Shown in pieces: positions 26,602-41,505 of a stretch of DNA of 59,202 nucleotides. Made by a program: the position numbers and the translations under genes. Each line of letters starts with the position of its first letter. The stretch's first letter is position 1. The stretch comes from Ruditapes philippinarum (Eukaryota): assembly GCF_026571515.1 (NCBI RefSeq), contig NW_026865121.1, positions 1 through 59,202 on the forward strand. Reading direction: 5' to 3'. The notes beneath the pieces were generated by a model, which saw only the letters and a list, made by a program, of their open reading frames with translations, searched no databases and was not told the origin of the DNA.

Positions 26602-29600
26602 CTTCTGTTTTCTTATCTATTTAGAATTTAATTTACAAAAAGTCTAACCATTCATTCTACATTTAACAATATTCAGTGAACATGTCTCTACAGCTCGAAA
26701 ACTATTTTGACTCGTGGAAAACGTAACATAAACGCTAAGCTTCTGATTTAAAACAAATAGTCATTCCTCTCAAATCATTTCTACTAGAATTTTAACAGTA
26801 GATGTGGGCATTCTGCCGACCTAAATGTGTGATGTAACCTTTGTTGTTGACAGAAAAGTTTCAGCCAATTATCTAATTGTCTTCTTATTATGTTACAGAA
26901 AATAAATCCATAGCAATTACCTTACCATGATACAGAAAGTAAATGACCTTGCATAAATAAACGAAAGCAGTATCAAGTTATTTTTTCCATCAGAATAGTA
27001 CCAAAAAGAAATATGTACTGTATACTGTTTCATCGTAGTTGATAATAAGTTTTACCAAAATACTTATATATGTATAATGTATTTTCAAGACATTTATGGT
27101 TTCTGTATTTATTTATATAAGGTGAACGCATCTTTGTATGAGTATATTTCTAAAGTAAGCCAGTGCTGTTTCGATAAATGGATTCATTGTTTTTTGCAAT
27201 TATAATATCCATAAGAAACTCCGACGGCTGTTTCTGTTAAATGAAGTCAACTACATATACATGATAGAGTTTGTTATATGTAATTTCTCACTATACAAAA
27301 CATTATTGATGTTAATGAATAAATTCAGTTAGCAGACATTTTTACTGTTTATGAAAATATGTTTTAACCATATTAAGATAAACAAATTGCTGAAGGCGCA
27401 AAAATCTATCTAAATTATGCATACGAATTAAATCACATAAGTCATAAATAACTCTTCTTATATAGGGATTTTAGAGAAAACAATAATACAGTCTAATAAC
27501 GAGGTCTGTGTCAAAGAGGAAGTTTCTTTATGCATTTAAACACAGAGATCGACGGCCAAATATACCGAAACAAAAAATACATGTTATTAGTGCTTGGTTT
27601 TATTCATTATTTTACATATCTTTTGTTGCATTGGTTATGTACAGTTGAACCAAAGGGACGTAAACTGTGGCACTCTCAAGAAACAACATTAAACAGGACG
27701 AAAAAAATGTTGCTCACTTGATATAATTAAATCTGTCCGTGAGAAGAAATGATACGTGAAAAAATAGTATAAAAGTCATTTTATTGTTTGTTTTGAAAGG
27801 ATTTCACGTTTATCATTAGAAAAAGAAAGAAAGTCATGAAATAATGTCACGGATGTTTTTTCTAGAAAAGGGGAGATCCTTCGGATGCAGCGAAAACAAC
27901 AATATCAAATGAAAATTGCAGACTTGGTTTTATTGAGTCTGCTCAAAAGAGATACTGTAAAGTGCAACACATAACAACAAAACTAAAGTGAATACCCTTT
28001 TTTGTAATAAAACTTATATTTAGTTCTTGTTTAGATTACACAAATCTTACTATCAATCTTATCTGCTATTAAACATTAGTTGGTTTTCAAAACAGTGATT
28101 CAAATTATCTTAAACACAGATAAAACATTTTTGTTAGAAGACTTTGATAAAAGCCATTTTAAGATAAGTTTATCTTAGATTATTTGCAAGACAATCTAAT
28201 CAAAACATTACTTTGATATAACTTATATTTTCTAAAATTGACTGTTAAAAGATGATCGGATTTTGATTTTTACCAGAAAATGGATGATAATATAAAAGGG
28301 AGATTTTTTCGATGTTTATATTCAATTAGGCAATTAGAATAAAATTAATAATGTTTATCCTGCAATTTTTAGATAATACAATTTCAATTCCTAAACATTC
28401 ATTTAAATCGATATTTGAAAAAAAATGCTTTGTGAACTTCTTTGATACTAATTGATGTTTTACATCTATCAGAATAAAAACTACATTTTCGAATTTATTT
28501 AAGCTTTTCTTCTCCATTTCAAAGTGTATCAAAGTGTTGGGCAAAGTAAAGGAGGAATCATTAAGACTGTAACATGATACAGCTGCAATTTGTTGTTGTT
28601 TTCAGAATTTTACAAAGTAACTTCTAAACTGATATCATGTGGATCTGTAACTTATTTGATTTTAGTGGTTAACTAAAAGTGTTATATATTCCTTTATTAA
28701 AAGATATGTTTATGCCATTTTCCGCAAACTGTCGCGAAAAAGAGTGCTTAAGAAATTAAAAAAACAACACATGATTAATCACTTATATCAATATGTATAA
28801 CAAATAGGAAATAATCTCAGGCACAGATATTTGTCAAGTATCGTATTTCCATAAGTTATATAGTGATGCAGTTGTTAATACTGGCACAATCATATGTCAA
28901 TTTTATTTACAAATACAAAAATTGAGTATTTTATCACTTTGAAAAATTAACAAAAACAAGACACTTACCATTAAATGTAGTTAACAATAAATACAATCCA
29001 GTAATTGAACACAGCGTATTCCAAATGTATTGCATGACTAAGCTAGTACAGCCGCTGAAAATTACTCTATGTTATCAAAGTTAATCGTAGAGAAAAACTG
29101 CCTTTTTCTATGATATAGAAATAATGTTTCCCATCTTTATTATACTCTCATAGAGACATGACTGTAACATCCTGCCATTACACAACTAGCGAACGGAAAG
29201 CTTTATTTCATTTTCAAATAGTGATTTCCTACTGTAGCTTTTTAACTTATTTGGTATGAGAAATGGTAAACATGTGTGTTTATTCCGGGCAAGTTAGTTT
29301 TCAAATATAAAATGTCAATTAGAAAGATGTATGACAATGTGATCATTGATTCTATGAAAATTGTGCAAGCTAGATTTCCAGTACAAAATGTCAAATAAAA
29401 CATGACATGTTATTCCGTTAATGCATTGAAATTTGAGTGAATAGAATAACGGGAAAATCATTTGTAATTTATCATTTTATACATAAACATTTCACCGAAT
29501 AGCGGACCTAAAAAAAAGCCTAAAACCTTCGTTGAAAAAAAGATTGATAATGAAGCTCAAAGTTATTAAAGTGGTTAAAACAAAGATATCAAGTACTTGT

Positions 29601-30627
29601 AAAATATTATGTCATGCAATTAAGAAATGGAAATTATAAGTAATTAAATTATTGTCAACAAAACTTGTCAGAAAGATTATATGTGTGCCGTTTCATGGAG
29701 TTAAACATAAGTACAATCTAATATTAATTAAAATATAATTGTAGAATGTTTATGCAAATATGTAGTTTCTTAATACTCAAATCGAGGGCATATATCGGGT
29801 GGGACATTTATACTTCTTGAAAACAAATAAACTATCAAAATAACAAACTTCTGTGATAAAATAATCACAAGATCAAATGATATGATCGTCATGTCTTTTC
29901 AAAAATCAAAACATCTAAAGCAGCACGCCTATTACAAATTTATGAAATTGTTATAAAATATGGAAAAAAATGTTTTCAAAAAGCAATATCAGTTGTGCTC
30001 ATATCATGTTTAAAATACAAATTTTCTAAAAAGATTTTCATATTTTCTATCCGATTGATTTCTATTTTGAAAAAAATGAGTGCTGAAATGTGCTGCTTTA
30101 GGTTTTGTTATAGATCGATTAAGCGGGAAGCGACAAGTTTATAGATACACTCTTGAATTGTGCCGTATTCTGTAGATGTTTCTAAATCACCATGTTTAAA
30201 TATTCAATTCTGCATAAGTCGGTGCCAGGTCATTTGTCGCTTTGGGCTTTCTTAAGGGATTCTATTTCACTCTATATTTAAGTTTCCCTTATTTGTTAGG
30301 GTTCATTTTTGTTTCTAGGAAAATTTTCATAGAAAAGTATTAAATTTTTACACTGTAAAATTCTTATATAAGTCATCTATGAACAATTTATTTCTTTACT
30401 AATTTGATAATTTTTTCTCACTTTTTATCGTTTACTGCAAATTTTTATATCTTAATCGTGTTTATACATAGGGAGCAACAAATTTTAATTTCGGTCAACA
30501 ATGACGGTAGGTTAAATAAACTGTCAAACAAAGGCAGTAAATGTCTGTTATGTTTTTGGTATATAAAAAATGAGTAATTTCATATTTGACATACAGTTTA
30601 CTTTAATGGTAGAGAACTTCTCCGAAT
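26602..30627 (+). repeat. 4.0-kb tandem segmental duplication, copy 2
   Basis: Direct repeat of 22580-26601 with scattered substitutions and small indels. Confidence 0.95.
28969..29035 (-). CDS. Leader exon, family A (MQYIWNTLCSITGLYLLLTTFN-G|gtaagt)
   Basis: Identical to 24956-25022; produced by the 4-kb duplication. Confidence 0.8.
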
Positions 30628-32607
30628 GTATGAACAATATATTCCAACAGCAGCAATTATCTTTATCATATATTGTTTTAATTTAATGATTATGGCAATT
30701 AACATCTGGTTATAATAAGAATACTCTCAACAAAAGCCTTTGCACTTGAGATTTCATTTATTTCTTTGTGAAGTAGTAAATTGCCAAAAGGTATGCTCTT
30801 GTGAGCTTTCAAAACAATTACAACTTTTAAACAGATATTTCTTATATCTTTATTGTAATGTAGGTTTCGTGTAAAATTTATTTGTCAAGTTGAATACATG
30901 TAGTTAAGTATCTGAATTGTACGCTCAAAAGTATTATGTTTAAAACTGTTCAGCACAAAGTTTAGCTTCAATGCTTTGACATTTGGTTTTTTTTTTTTCG
31001 GTACAGTATGTTTTTCAAAACAGATGATAGATCTATTAGTAAAATATTTAATAGGCTCGTTAGGTAGGTAGAAATAAAGATTTGCAGAAAGAAACGAAAA
31101 GATGAAAGAATCGAATAGAAATAAAATGTATCGTGTGTAGGGAAATGGAAAGACTGAAGAAAAAATTGCATGAGGTAAACAATCCTGATAAATAGAAAAA
31201 GGTAAAAGTCAAAACTAAATGGTGAGGTAAAAAGAAACGTGTCATATATTACAATACAAAGTTGAAAATAAGGGAAACGGAGAGCTTGCATATAAAGAGA
31301 ATTTTCATTATTTGGTCTATTATTTCGGTTCATATTTTAGTACAAATGAGTTCAAATATGTAGCATGTTGTATTAGTCTCTAGCGTTATATATCTATTGC
31401 ATACATACAGAAATATCATCTTTTTTATCAAAATTAATAATACATGTATGTATATTGCGGTGTATAGACCTTTTTACGACGCGGTCCGTTGCTATGAAAA
31501 GTCGACCGGATGTAATATTTTTACGCGCATGTGCATATTACTATATATATGTTTAGATTTTGTAATGTCTACATGTCTTTTATTTAGCACCCACTTATAA
31601 ATTTTGATTCACAACTAAATTAAGTTTTACATTAGCTAACACTATCTAAATTTCGTTTTCAATGCTGCAATTTAATTTCTGCTCAAGTGCAAAATAACAT
31701 TCAGAATATTTTCTTTAATTTAAAACGTTTCTAAGATTGTACTAAACTTTCTTTGCGTTCTCTACATCTCGTTTGATTATAGCTTTTAGTTGGTTTTATC
31801 CATAAATAAGATATTCCCAGAAGACATAAAATGTCGAGATGATATAACAATATTCATATGTTGAATTGAAAACATGTTTAGCATGTAAGCGCGATGTTAA
31901 GAGATCAGAGATCTGTTTATGATTTATATCCACGATATGGGTTTGTTTTATATAGAGAGATAACTATTATTTAATGTAACATTGTCTGTTATCCTGTATC
32001 GGAAAATAAACTAGAATGTTATAAGCACTTCACATTTCTCATAGAAATATGTAAAGGAATGACTTAAGTCTTTGTATTTGACAAAAGAAAAACATGTATT
32101 GTATATGCATCCATTCGTTTGTGTTATATTTGTTGTTTATATTTGTTATTTTTGCTCATTGAAAATAGGGTCAACAAATGCTCCAACATTGTTTGATGAA
32201 ATATGAAACATGGCAAGGTAGTGTAATTTAAGATATAACAATACAGTTATTGTGTATGAAAGTATCATTATATGTTATGCTGTTTTATAGTAAACTTGTT
32301 AGCAAAATTTAGTTTGTCAGTTAATTTTTCAGTTCATTGTTACTGCTAATACGAATCAAGATTATTTTCTTTAACATATTTATTTGATCATTTTGTGATT
32401 TATATGTCATTTAACATGATCCTTGGTTGAAAATCAAAGTTATACTATTCTATTCTATTCATCCCTAATATTTCAATATCTTATCACTAAGTGACGCAAA
32501 ATTAACTTTTATAATCCATTCATACTCGAGACTTTTTTACTCTTTAAACGACCATCATTTAAGTTATCAAACTGAATTCATCACTACTTAATGTTTAAGA
32601 CACTTAC

Positions 32608-32674
32608 CATTAAAGGTGGCTGAAATTACATATAATCCAGGAAAAAACCAAAACATATTCCATTGGTAATTCAT
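32608..32674 (-). CDS. Leader exon, family A, divergent (MNYQWNMFWFFPGLYVISATFN-G|gtaagt)
   Basis: gccATG start, 67-nt CDS, conserved W-N, GLY and FN-G, donor gtaagtgtc. Confidence 0.78.
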
Positions 32675-35600
32675 GGCAAATGATTTGTTTTCTTTTTTAG
32701 TTATGATGAAGTGTTATGTGTTTACTAAGGTAATGGAATGACCCCATATATAACATTGTTTTAGATGTCAGACAGCTGTTTCTGTCATATGAAATCACAG
32801 TGTAGGTTTAAACACTATTTTATTAAATAACAACCTAATCACAGCAAGCAGATAAATGTCATGACAAAACCAGTGCGAGAGGGTGTTTTTTCTAATAATG
32901 TATTTATACTGAAGGGGTGTCTTTCAATCGCTGCTTTATATAAAGTTATGACATATGTTTTCATTATGGCAGCTTATACATTAACGCTAAAACTATACAA
33001 TTACAGAGTAGTTTATTTTTGATAATGTCAACAAAGACTTAAAACTAACGCATGTGATCAAGTTACTATGTGAAGTTTATTTTCTTTAATTTTGTATAAG
33101 TGGCATCAAATTGCATAAATTTGGCCATATAATGCACAAAATCAATCATTTTATCGGTACAGATACTTCGTTTATGAATCAGACATATTGATACATAAAA
33201 CAATTATCCCTTCATCTACTTTAATCTGCTTTCTTAATTTCAAATTCCGTTTCTTTCCCTGCTTCGCTACCTTTTCACCTTTCTGTGTTCTTTTCAAATA
33301 CAATTCCATTTTGTATGTTAATATTAATATAAATGTTTATTCGAACCAATAATATATTCATTCTAAATATATTCGATGAAACATATACTATGTTTCTTGA
33401 AGCATTTAGATACATATCAGATTCTGTCTTTTCTTTTTTTTAATATAAACTCAATGATTTTTGTTTTGTATTATATTCGTTTCAGATTATTAAATATGTA
33501 ATGATATACGCGCCTATTATATGTCAATTACTCACTAAGGAGAGGAAATTCATAGGATACGTTGTTTTTTTCATTCTAATCCTGTTTTTTTATTTAAAGA
33601 ATATTTGAACTGCTTTGTGTATATTGTAATGGTTACATTAATATATATTCTGAGAAATAAAATATGCTTACTAAATTTCGCTTAAGCTTTCTCCAATAAA
33701 TAACTAAAATCATGTTCGATATCAAACGCAATTAGGTAACACACCAGTATGAATAAACCATGCAATAGCTACTGCGATGTTTTTGTCAATGCTGGTGAAT
33801 AAGATTATAAAACATTTATATAATTTTGATAATTTTTGTTGTATAGATTTGAAGGCACTTTCAGCTATATGGTGTCAAGAGTTTGATAGACGATCTAGTA
33901 ATGTGTTGTGTTTTCCAAAAGGTCTAACTTTTAAACTTTTGAGGCTTTTCTATATATTTTTCTTCAAAAGGACTCATGGCTCCAGTTTGACTCGGAATTT
34001 TGTAAGTAATTAAACATATAGCTGCCAATAAATATCTACTTGAAGTGCATGCATTACGAAAAATGGGAATTATGATTAAGAGAAATTCAGAAGTATGGTT
34101 TATAATGCTCTTCTCTAAGTATATTTTTCGAGAATGCAATAAGGCACTTTTTGTGTATTATATAGACATTGTAATTGGTACAGCAAGTTGTATATTGATG
34201 TCATGATTGAATATCCGTGGTAAATGTAATTTTCTCTAAAATTAATGTTCACGCACTGTTCAATGTACACAAAATCGTTCTTAACCATTGACATGCTATA
34301 TGTCTTAAATGGACTTGTCCAAATTTCTTATTTAGAATTTTCAATTATAGAATTTTGGAGTATCAAGATGAGAATTTGACATTGATCATACAACAATATA
34401 AAATCTGATCACACTGTACGGACGTGCACGACTGTCTGGCTGTGTATTGGTATAAAAGGCAAGTCACTATTGATTCCAGCAGGTTAAACGTTAAATATAC
34501 TCTTAAAATTCTGCCATTTTCTATAAACCATTAATTATCATAAAGGCGCGTATTATTATCAACTATTCAGAACTCTTCCTAGTCCTTCAAACAAAATCAG
34601 GATATGTACATTTCTTAAAAAAACGATAAATTTTATATAACCACCGAGAAATATTAACAGTTTTTGAAAGCAATTACCATGGACAGAAAACTTGTAACTT
34701 ATTTAAGTCACTCAAATCCAGGAAGAACCAGTAATGGAGTTATATAAAGATACGTTGTTATGGCCCTAGCGAGACAAAACCCTATGATACCTGCATATCA
34801 ATTAAGCAGCAACTTTTAAAATAAAAAGCAAATATGACAATAAAGTGAACGGAATAATATGAATGTTTCTTACTCGCTTGTAGTCACAATCCATTTACTG
34901 AGGACAGATTTGTCTTGCAAGATTTTTCAATTAAAAAGATCAATTGGCATCCGTATGTACTGTTTGAACTACGATTTACTGTCAATAGAATCACTTAAAA
35001 AAACTTTAACCCATTTCCTGGGATAAAACTAAAATAATCCGATAAATTAACTTTCAGGAAGATATTTGGTAACAGCATATTTATCTAAGATATGTGACAT
35101 TTCTCATACACTAATTTGTGATGCTCGTAGGAATGTATTTAAGTACCATATAAAAACTTTGAGGTCTTTTACACGTTTAATTTCGCTTCATTCTCGTAAA
35201 AAAAATACCGTAATGATTTTGTTCTACTATATCAGATAAAAAAGACGAAAATTCATTGTTGTTTTTAGGAATAAAGTTTAACGGTAATGAATGGGGGGGG
35301 GGGGGTAAAATTGAAAAGAATAACATGCAAGTAAGCTGTTGAAGTGTTATCTATAATCAATGATGTAAAGATAAAGTTACAAAGGATGTTTTATTGGAGC
35401 AAAAGGCATCGTATAATCCTCATAGAAATCTTTATTTTCTTTTGATATATGTGGAAATGTTGACATATTTTCCCTCTGAATTTAATGTTTGAGGTTAAAT
35501 GATATACTCATATTGTAATGTATCATCTTTCTGTGACTACAGATAATCCACACATTTGCCAAACACTAATAGCTGTAAATTAATTATAGAATTTCTTGAA

Positions 35601-35752
35601 TAAAGGATAATAGCAATATATAGTTACATTTATAACTACAGGAATAATTGGTTTATTGCACATTGATAACTGAACCAATAATTGATTCATTGTGGATTCT
35701 ATGAAATTATTACTCAGCAAATCTGGATATAAGCTGTATAAAATTATTTTTG

Positions 35753-36046
35753 TTTATCATATACCCTTGCCGCACGGTCGTGGATATATTTTGACGTGAC
35801 GTCATTTGCGTAATACAAACCTAGTGTAAAGACGTGCTAAATTTTAGCGTAACACTATATGCGCGACAATGAAAAAATAAGATTTTTTTTCTCACTTTAA
35901 ACGGTGTTTATTTTGGGTATGTGATACATGGAATATTATATTCGTGAAGGTTCATTACTGACTTTATTGAACTTGTATAAAATATTATGCTTGCCAGAGG
36001 CTCGCAAAATATATTTTTAATCAACTCGTTCAATTAATTAATATCC
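35753..36046. mobile_element. Non-autonomous element with subterminal hairpin
   Basis: Imperfect ~70-bp palindrome 35966-36034 (attgaac...aaaatat...gcttgcc / ggctcgc...atattttt...gttcaat) and a CpG-rich left end (tgacgtgacgtca); family not assigned. Confidence 0.45.
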
Positions 36047-37142
36047 TCTATTTCCTACCTTTCCTTAAAACAGCATCGTTTTATTTTTGCTCATCTGTTT
36101 TTACTTGTAATTTTACAGAATATGTGCCGTTTGCTTTAACAGATTAGACTACTTTTGTATTTGTAATCTAAGGTTGTCCTTCTTTAAGAAAACCTTGCTT
36201 AAGGTATACATTATATTTGGGTGTTGGAATGGAAGCTACATTGCAAATAAAAAAAAACATGCTAACATTATATATCATTTTAGCCAATATCTTATTAATG
36301 TAATTTATAATAGATTTATCTATATTACATTTATTCATTATAGATTTATTCCAATGCACCCGCCATTTCTAGTTTTATGTCTGTTTCAAAAAGTGTGATA
36401 ATACAATTTTTATGTGTTTGTAATTGAATATTTAAACGTTCTTAAAACAATAATCTTAAGTTTATGATAAAAGTGTTTTATGTCTACTTGAAATTCGGCT
36501 TTAAATTTAAGATGTTATCATTTGAAAAGCATACGCTTAATAAAGATAAATATTAAAGATAGCTATCATTGAAATCATTTACAAAATAAGATATTGAGCA
36601 CTCAAAAACAATAAAATAGCAAAAACGAATGAACGTTTCAGTCTCGGAGTGACTGAGGGTGATCATTATATGAACTGGTAAATACAATACATGTACAAAA
36701 AATATATTCTCTGCAAATTTATCTCCGCATGATTTATTTATAAATCAAGAACATATCTGAAACTGCGATATCTGAAACCGAGTCTGCAATTTTCATGTAA
36801 TTTTGTCGTGATTTATGCTTCAAAGGAATCACCCTTTTTCGAGATTTATATTTCTAAATTTAGTTGTCATAGTGTTGATAAGAAGATATTAATGATACAT
36901 GTTCTACGTTTCAATTTCGTCTCTGTATCAATAATACATTAGTTATATTCAAAGGATAAGAATCTTCATTTTTTCTCACAGTCCTTTTTACAAAAGTTTG
37001 TATCTTTCTTGATCATATACTATTTTTTTTCCCAGAAGGAAAAAGAGAGTAAACAATAACCATGGTTCGAAGCCCTACAAGTTAGGAGTTTACAGCACAT
37101 CCTATGGGCCATAAGTTCAAACGACCATGTTACGTCAAGTGT

Positions 37143-37455
37143 TTTGGCTAAATTGGATTTTCCCAATTTAAAGATAGAGTCAGGCTCATATTGCAAAGAC
37201 AATTAACTGCGCGTGCGTAAATTATAGTCATAATATATAGTATCATATTTACTGGCTTAATTGGAGTTTTCCAAAATCTAAAATAGACTTAGGCTTAAAT
37301 TCAATGACCACACAGCAAAGACAATTAACTGCGCATGCGTAAAGTATATTTACTAGGTGTTGTATCATATTAACTGACCGAATCGGATTTCTCGCCATCT
37401 AAAATATACATGTAAATAGGCTCAAATTCAATTACCATACAGCATAAACAATTGA
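37143..37455 (+). repeat. Degenerate ~110-125-bp tandem repeat, about 2.5-3 copies
   Basis: Recurring gcaaagacaattaactgcgcRtgcgtaaa and aattgga...aaatag...aggct blocks. Confidence 0.7.
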
Positions 37456-40185
37456 AAATTGATGCATTTTAACTTGTTCTTTATGGCGTATTTCTCGATT
37501 CAAATCTATTTACTCCGTTATGTCGCAATGATAAGTACATTGAAAGCTTGTTTTTAATATAAGGCTTCACTTTCTTGTTTTTTTTAATCTAAGGCTGATC
37601 ATATAATAAAACAATTATTGACTAATGATCCATTGAATATGTTTAGCTGGTTATTCGCATGGTCTTTATAAAAGATAACATGTTGTATTAAAACATACAT
37701 TAGTTTATAACATATATCAGAAATATATATATTCAAATTTTTTTTGGTTGTTTACGGATATTCGTGAACAAATTGTTTTTTTTTTACTTCCCTGTAGGTT
37801 AATTATTTTGGATGGACCTATCAGAGGTGATTGAACGGTCATCATTGTAAGATGTCGAAATTTTCCTATCATTGGGGATGATAAGGTGATATTTTGAGCT
37901 AAAACTTCAACGGAAAATTCTTGAATTTCTGGGATTTTTTTAATGTTTTGTTTACCATGCATCTTTTTCTGCGATAAACACCATCTGCGGGTGTTTGTAC
38001 AGTGTTCGTTGTGAACTGTTACAACCTTGGCTGTTTCCAATAGTTTACTGACCCGAATTCTTACACTTTCAATTTTAGCGGGGATAATTTTCTCACTGAT
38101 TTGTCATACTTTTCTTTGAATTTTATTTATTTATTTATTTATTCGCTTTACATATTCTGGGCTGACAGTTTTTGGTTAAAGTTGTAAGTTTGTTGTAGGC
38201 AGGATAGACTGTGTTCTTCTGCCCATGAAGAACTGATTTGGGGAGAATCCGCGTTCCATTGAGGTATTTCTATATTTCAGTATGGCTAAATAAGAGTCTC
38301 ATTGACTTTCTTGATATTTTTTAGAAAATGCGTTTGACGTTAGAGACAGTTTTAAGAAGACCCATTGCTAATCAAATGTAATGGACTAGATGTCTTATGC
38401 GAGAATTCCCATTATTTTTAGCGAAATTGCAGAATTTTTTCAGATGAAAATTGTGGTTAATTGTCAGTGACAAGTTTGTAACAAATACCATATCTGGCAA
38501 AATGCACTTTGAGCTTCATGATAACAGTGATGCTGTGTGTATGACGAAGAGCATCTAGCTCAAAGTATCAACTGTAATAATCAACTGTCACCAGATAGTC
38601 CTAACTGTGAAGTGAGAATCTTCTGTTCACAACGGTTTTTTTCTACCTCTTCCTTGTCCCAAATCTGATCAGCAGATATTATTTTTTTTTTCATTTAATT
38701 TATCATTCAGATGTTCAGATTACATTAGCTCAACATGTAGAAATTTATTCCACTGGTCAGGGAGATTGCTAGCTTACCAGTTTATGACTGTTAATTCCAT
38801 GTTTCTGTTTTATTTTGATTTAAAGTAACTAAATCCTTTGTATTTCAATACTTTTCTCTGTCTGACACAATGTAATGTTTTCTGTTTTATGTACGTATAT
38901 GTACATGTATACTATTGTAATATTACGGAGTTCTGTCATTCACTAATGTAAATAAATTGACAAGAAGAACACAGATGTGAACTAATCTAGGTTAATCTAA
39001 GAACTAGTCTATGACGGGGAATCACCTGTCATAAATAAGAGCTGCCCATATAGGCATTCATAGAATAATACTAACATGTGAAGGTCAAGGTAAAATGTAT
39101 AAGGTTAGACTGGCATCATTACACTTATGTTGCCAAGAATAAATGTCACAATAATTCTGAAATTTCCTTTGATATAACATATATAAGTGTTTGCAAAACA
39201 AAATATTCCAACAGCATACCTTATTTGAAAATAAATATATTATTGGTGTACCTAGCAGAAAAATGTTTATATACGTTTTCTTATTGCATAGATTTTAAAT
39301 GGTTATTTTTAATTCCAGCCGTTTTATCTCCTACAAATTTTTAAAGATTTGGTTTACCTTTTTATCTGATGCATTTTTATCAAACCGGTTACAGGCTTTC
39401 TTCTGTTAAGAGTTTTTGTATCCTTCTTTAAAATGGTTGATATAAGATAAGGGACTATATTGGCACATCTGATGATCATATATCTTTACCCATGTCTATA
39501 TGTAACATATAGCTGCCTTGTGAACGTGAATTGGATCAAAACCGGGATATAATAAATTAATTATTTGAGAGGAGAATGTCCTGTAAGAGTAGATATAGAT
39601 CGGTATATTGAGGACAATAAGATGACGAATGTCCAGCCTGTTTACACTGATAAATGGTTTATATCTCTAGAGATATCTCTATATCTATAAATATACTTGT
39701 TTCACACTGGACGAAACTAGGGTCCATAAATCACAGGAAACGTTTCATAAAAACAGTCCGAAACCGCTTTGTTTGATATTGAAAAACTGTAAATGGGATA
39801 TATTAATGGCGTCCCTGCAAATGTTTCTTTTTAACCAGAATTAAGAGACTATAAAATAAACACAATACACACATATTAAGTTTTCTATCTCTATATTGGG
39901 TCTCAATTTTGCGATAATGATCAAACAAATTGCCACAATAAGGAAAAAGAATATAAGAAATATAAGAAATATAAGATAAATATACAAAATATGTTAGGTT
40001 TTATATTTGACGGTATTTTGATCTGAATTATAGACAAACTCACAAATTAGCTGTTTCTGTTCATCCTTGCGTGTATACATGTATAAGGAAATATGTTGAA
40101 ATTTCATATTAACAGGCTATATTGTCAAATAACTTCAAGCAGTTTTAATAAAATGCACTTATTCCGAACACACAACAAAATATAT

Positions 40186-40378
40186 AAATAGATAAATAAA
40201 TAACTAAATAAATAAATAAATAAATAAATGAATAAATGAATGAATGAATGAATGAATGAATGAATGAACGAACGGAACGAACGAATAAATAAATAAATAC
40301 ACGAATGAATGAATGAATGAATGAATGAATGAATGAATGATTGAATGAATGAATGAATGAATGAATGAATGAATGAAT
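40186..40378. repeat. Compound (AAAT)n/(GAAT)n microsatellite (paralogue ~48075-48256)
   Basis: Direct inspection. Confidence 0.95.
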
Positions 40379-41143
40379 ATAAACACTAAAAAAGTCTTAT
40401 CTTCTTCGTTTCTAAATTTAATTTCGGAGTTGTCTAAAAATCCTTTATATCGATCAGCTTTTCTACTATTTCCCGTTTTAATGTCACATTCAATCAAGTC
40501 GCATTTTATTTTTGTTTATTATTATCAAATCATTTTACATTTACGTGCATGATTTGTTTTTATGTGCAATAATCGATCTCATGGTTAGGTACACTACAGA
40601 TGATAAATCTGCGGTAAATCTCTACGAAATTATCTTCCATTTTATGGTTTTGAGCAACACATTAAAGAGTAGGCATTCAAAATGTAGGTGTTAAAGATTA
40701 CAAAATATGGTATAGACATAATAATACTGTTTATTCTAAAAGGAGACATTTATGACTGCTTTAACAAAACATTTGTGACATTATGATGTTTATCAAATAA
40801 AGAAACATTTTTGAAATGATGGTGTTTCTTTAATTTGGACACACCTGGAAAATGATGATGTTTCTCAAATAAAGAAACATTTGTGACACGATGGTGTTAA
40901 TAAGATGGGAAACGTTCATGACATAATGGCGTTTCTCCTATATGGACACATTTGTGATATAATGGCGTTTCTCCAATAAAGAAACACCTGTGATATAATG
41001 GTGTTTCCCCGTAAAGAATCATTTGTACACATATGTGACACAATGGTATATTTCTAATAAGGAAACTTTTGTAACATGACGGTTTTTCTCATATAAGGAA
41101 CCTTTTGTAACATGACGGTTTTTCTCATATAAGTAAACTTTTG

Positions 41144-41505
41144 TAACCAAGAAAATTTTGGACTTGTGAGAGGCTATAAATGACCCCAGATTGATCATAA
41201 GGTAACGTGTAACCAACGCTGAAAAGCATTTGACTCTATCTCAATCCATTGAGAAGTTGCAGCACTTTGAAATCAATTTTGATGGAAAAAATCAACGCAA
41301 AATAGTGATTTTTGGCAATTTTGAGATGTCCCCTCGTTGCCATGGTAACAGAAAATTTAAGCCTGAGCATGTTGTTGCAAGGCCAATGGTCCAGTCAACA
41401 TTTGTGCCAAGTTTGATTAGTGTTGAAGCAGTTTTTATAGTATTATAGCAATTTGAACTTGTAACGGGAGACTTTTCAATGAAAACAGCCATTTTTCACA
41501 AAATG
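41144..41505 (+). mobile_element. Probable Helitron/Helentron-associated (HINE-like) fragment (duplicate ~49038-49400)
   Basis: GC-richer insert between subunits with gttgccatggtaac and gtgccaagtttg motifs typical of such subrepeats. Confidence 0.5.

Noticed and set aside
37717-38040. ~107-aa ORF recurring in the four subunits (ETAKVVTVHNEHC...)
   Set aside because: Non-ATG start, frameshifts between copies and no recognisable domain; recurrence is explained by the duplication.
40204-40497. FIHS-repeat ORF
   Set aside because: Translation of the (GAAT)n microsatellite.
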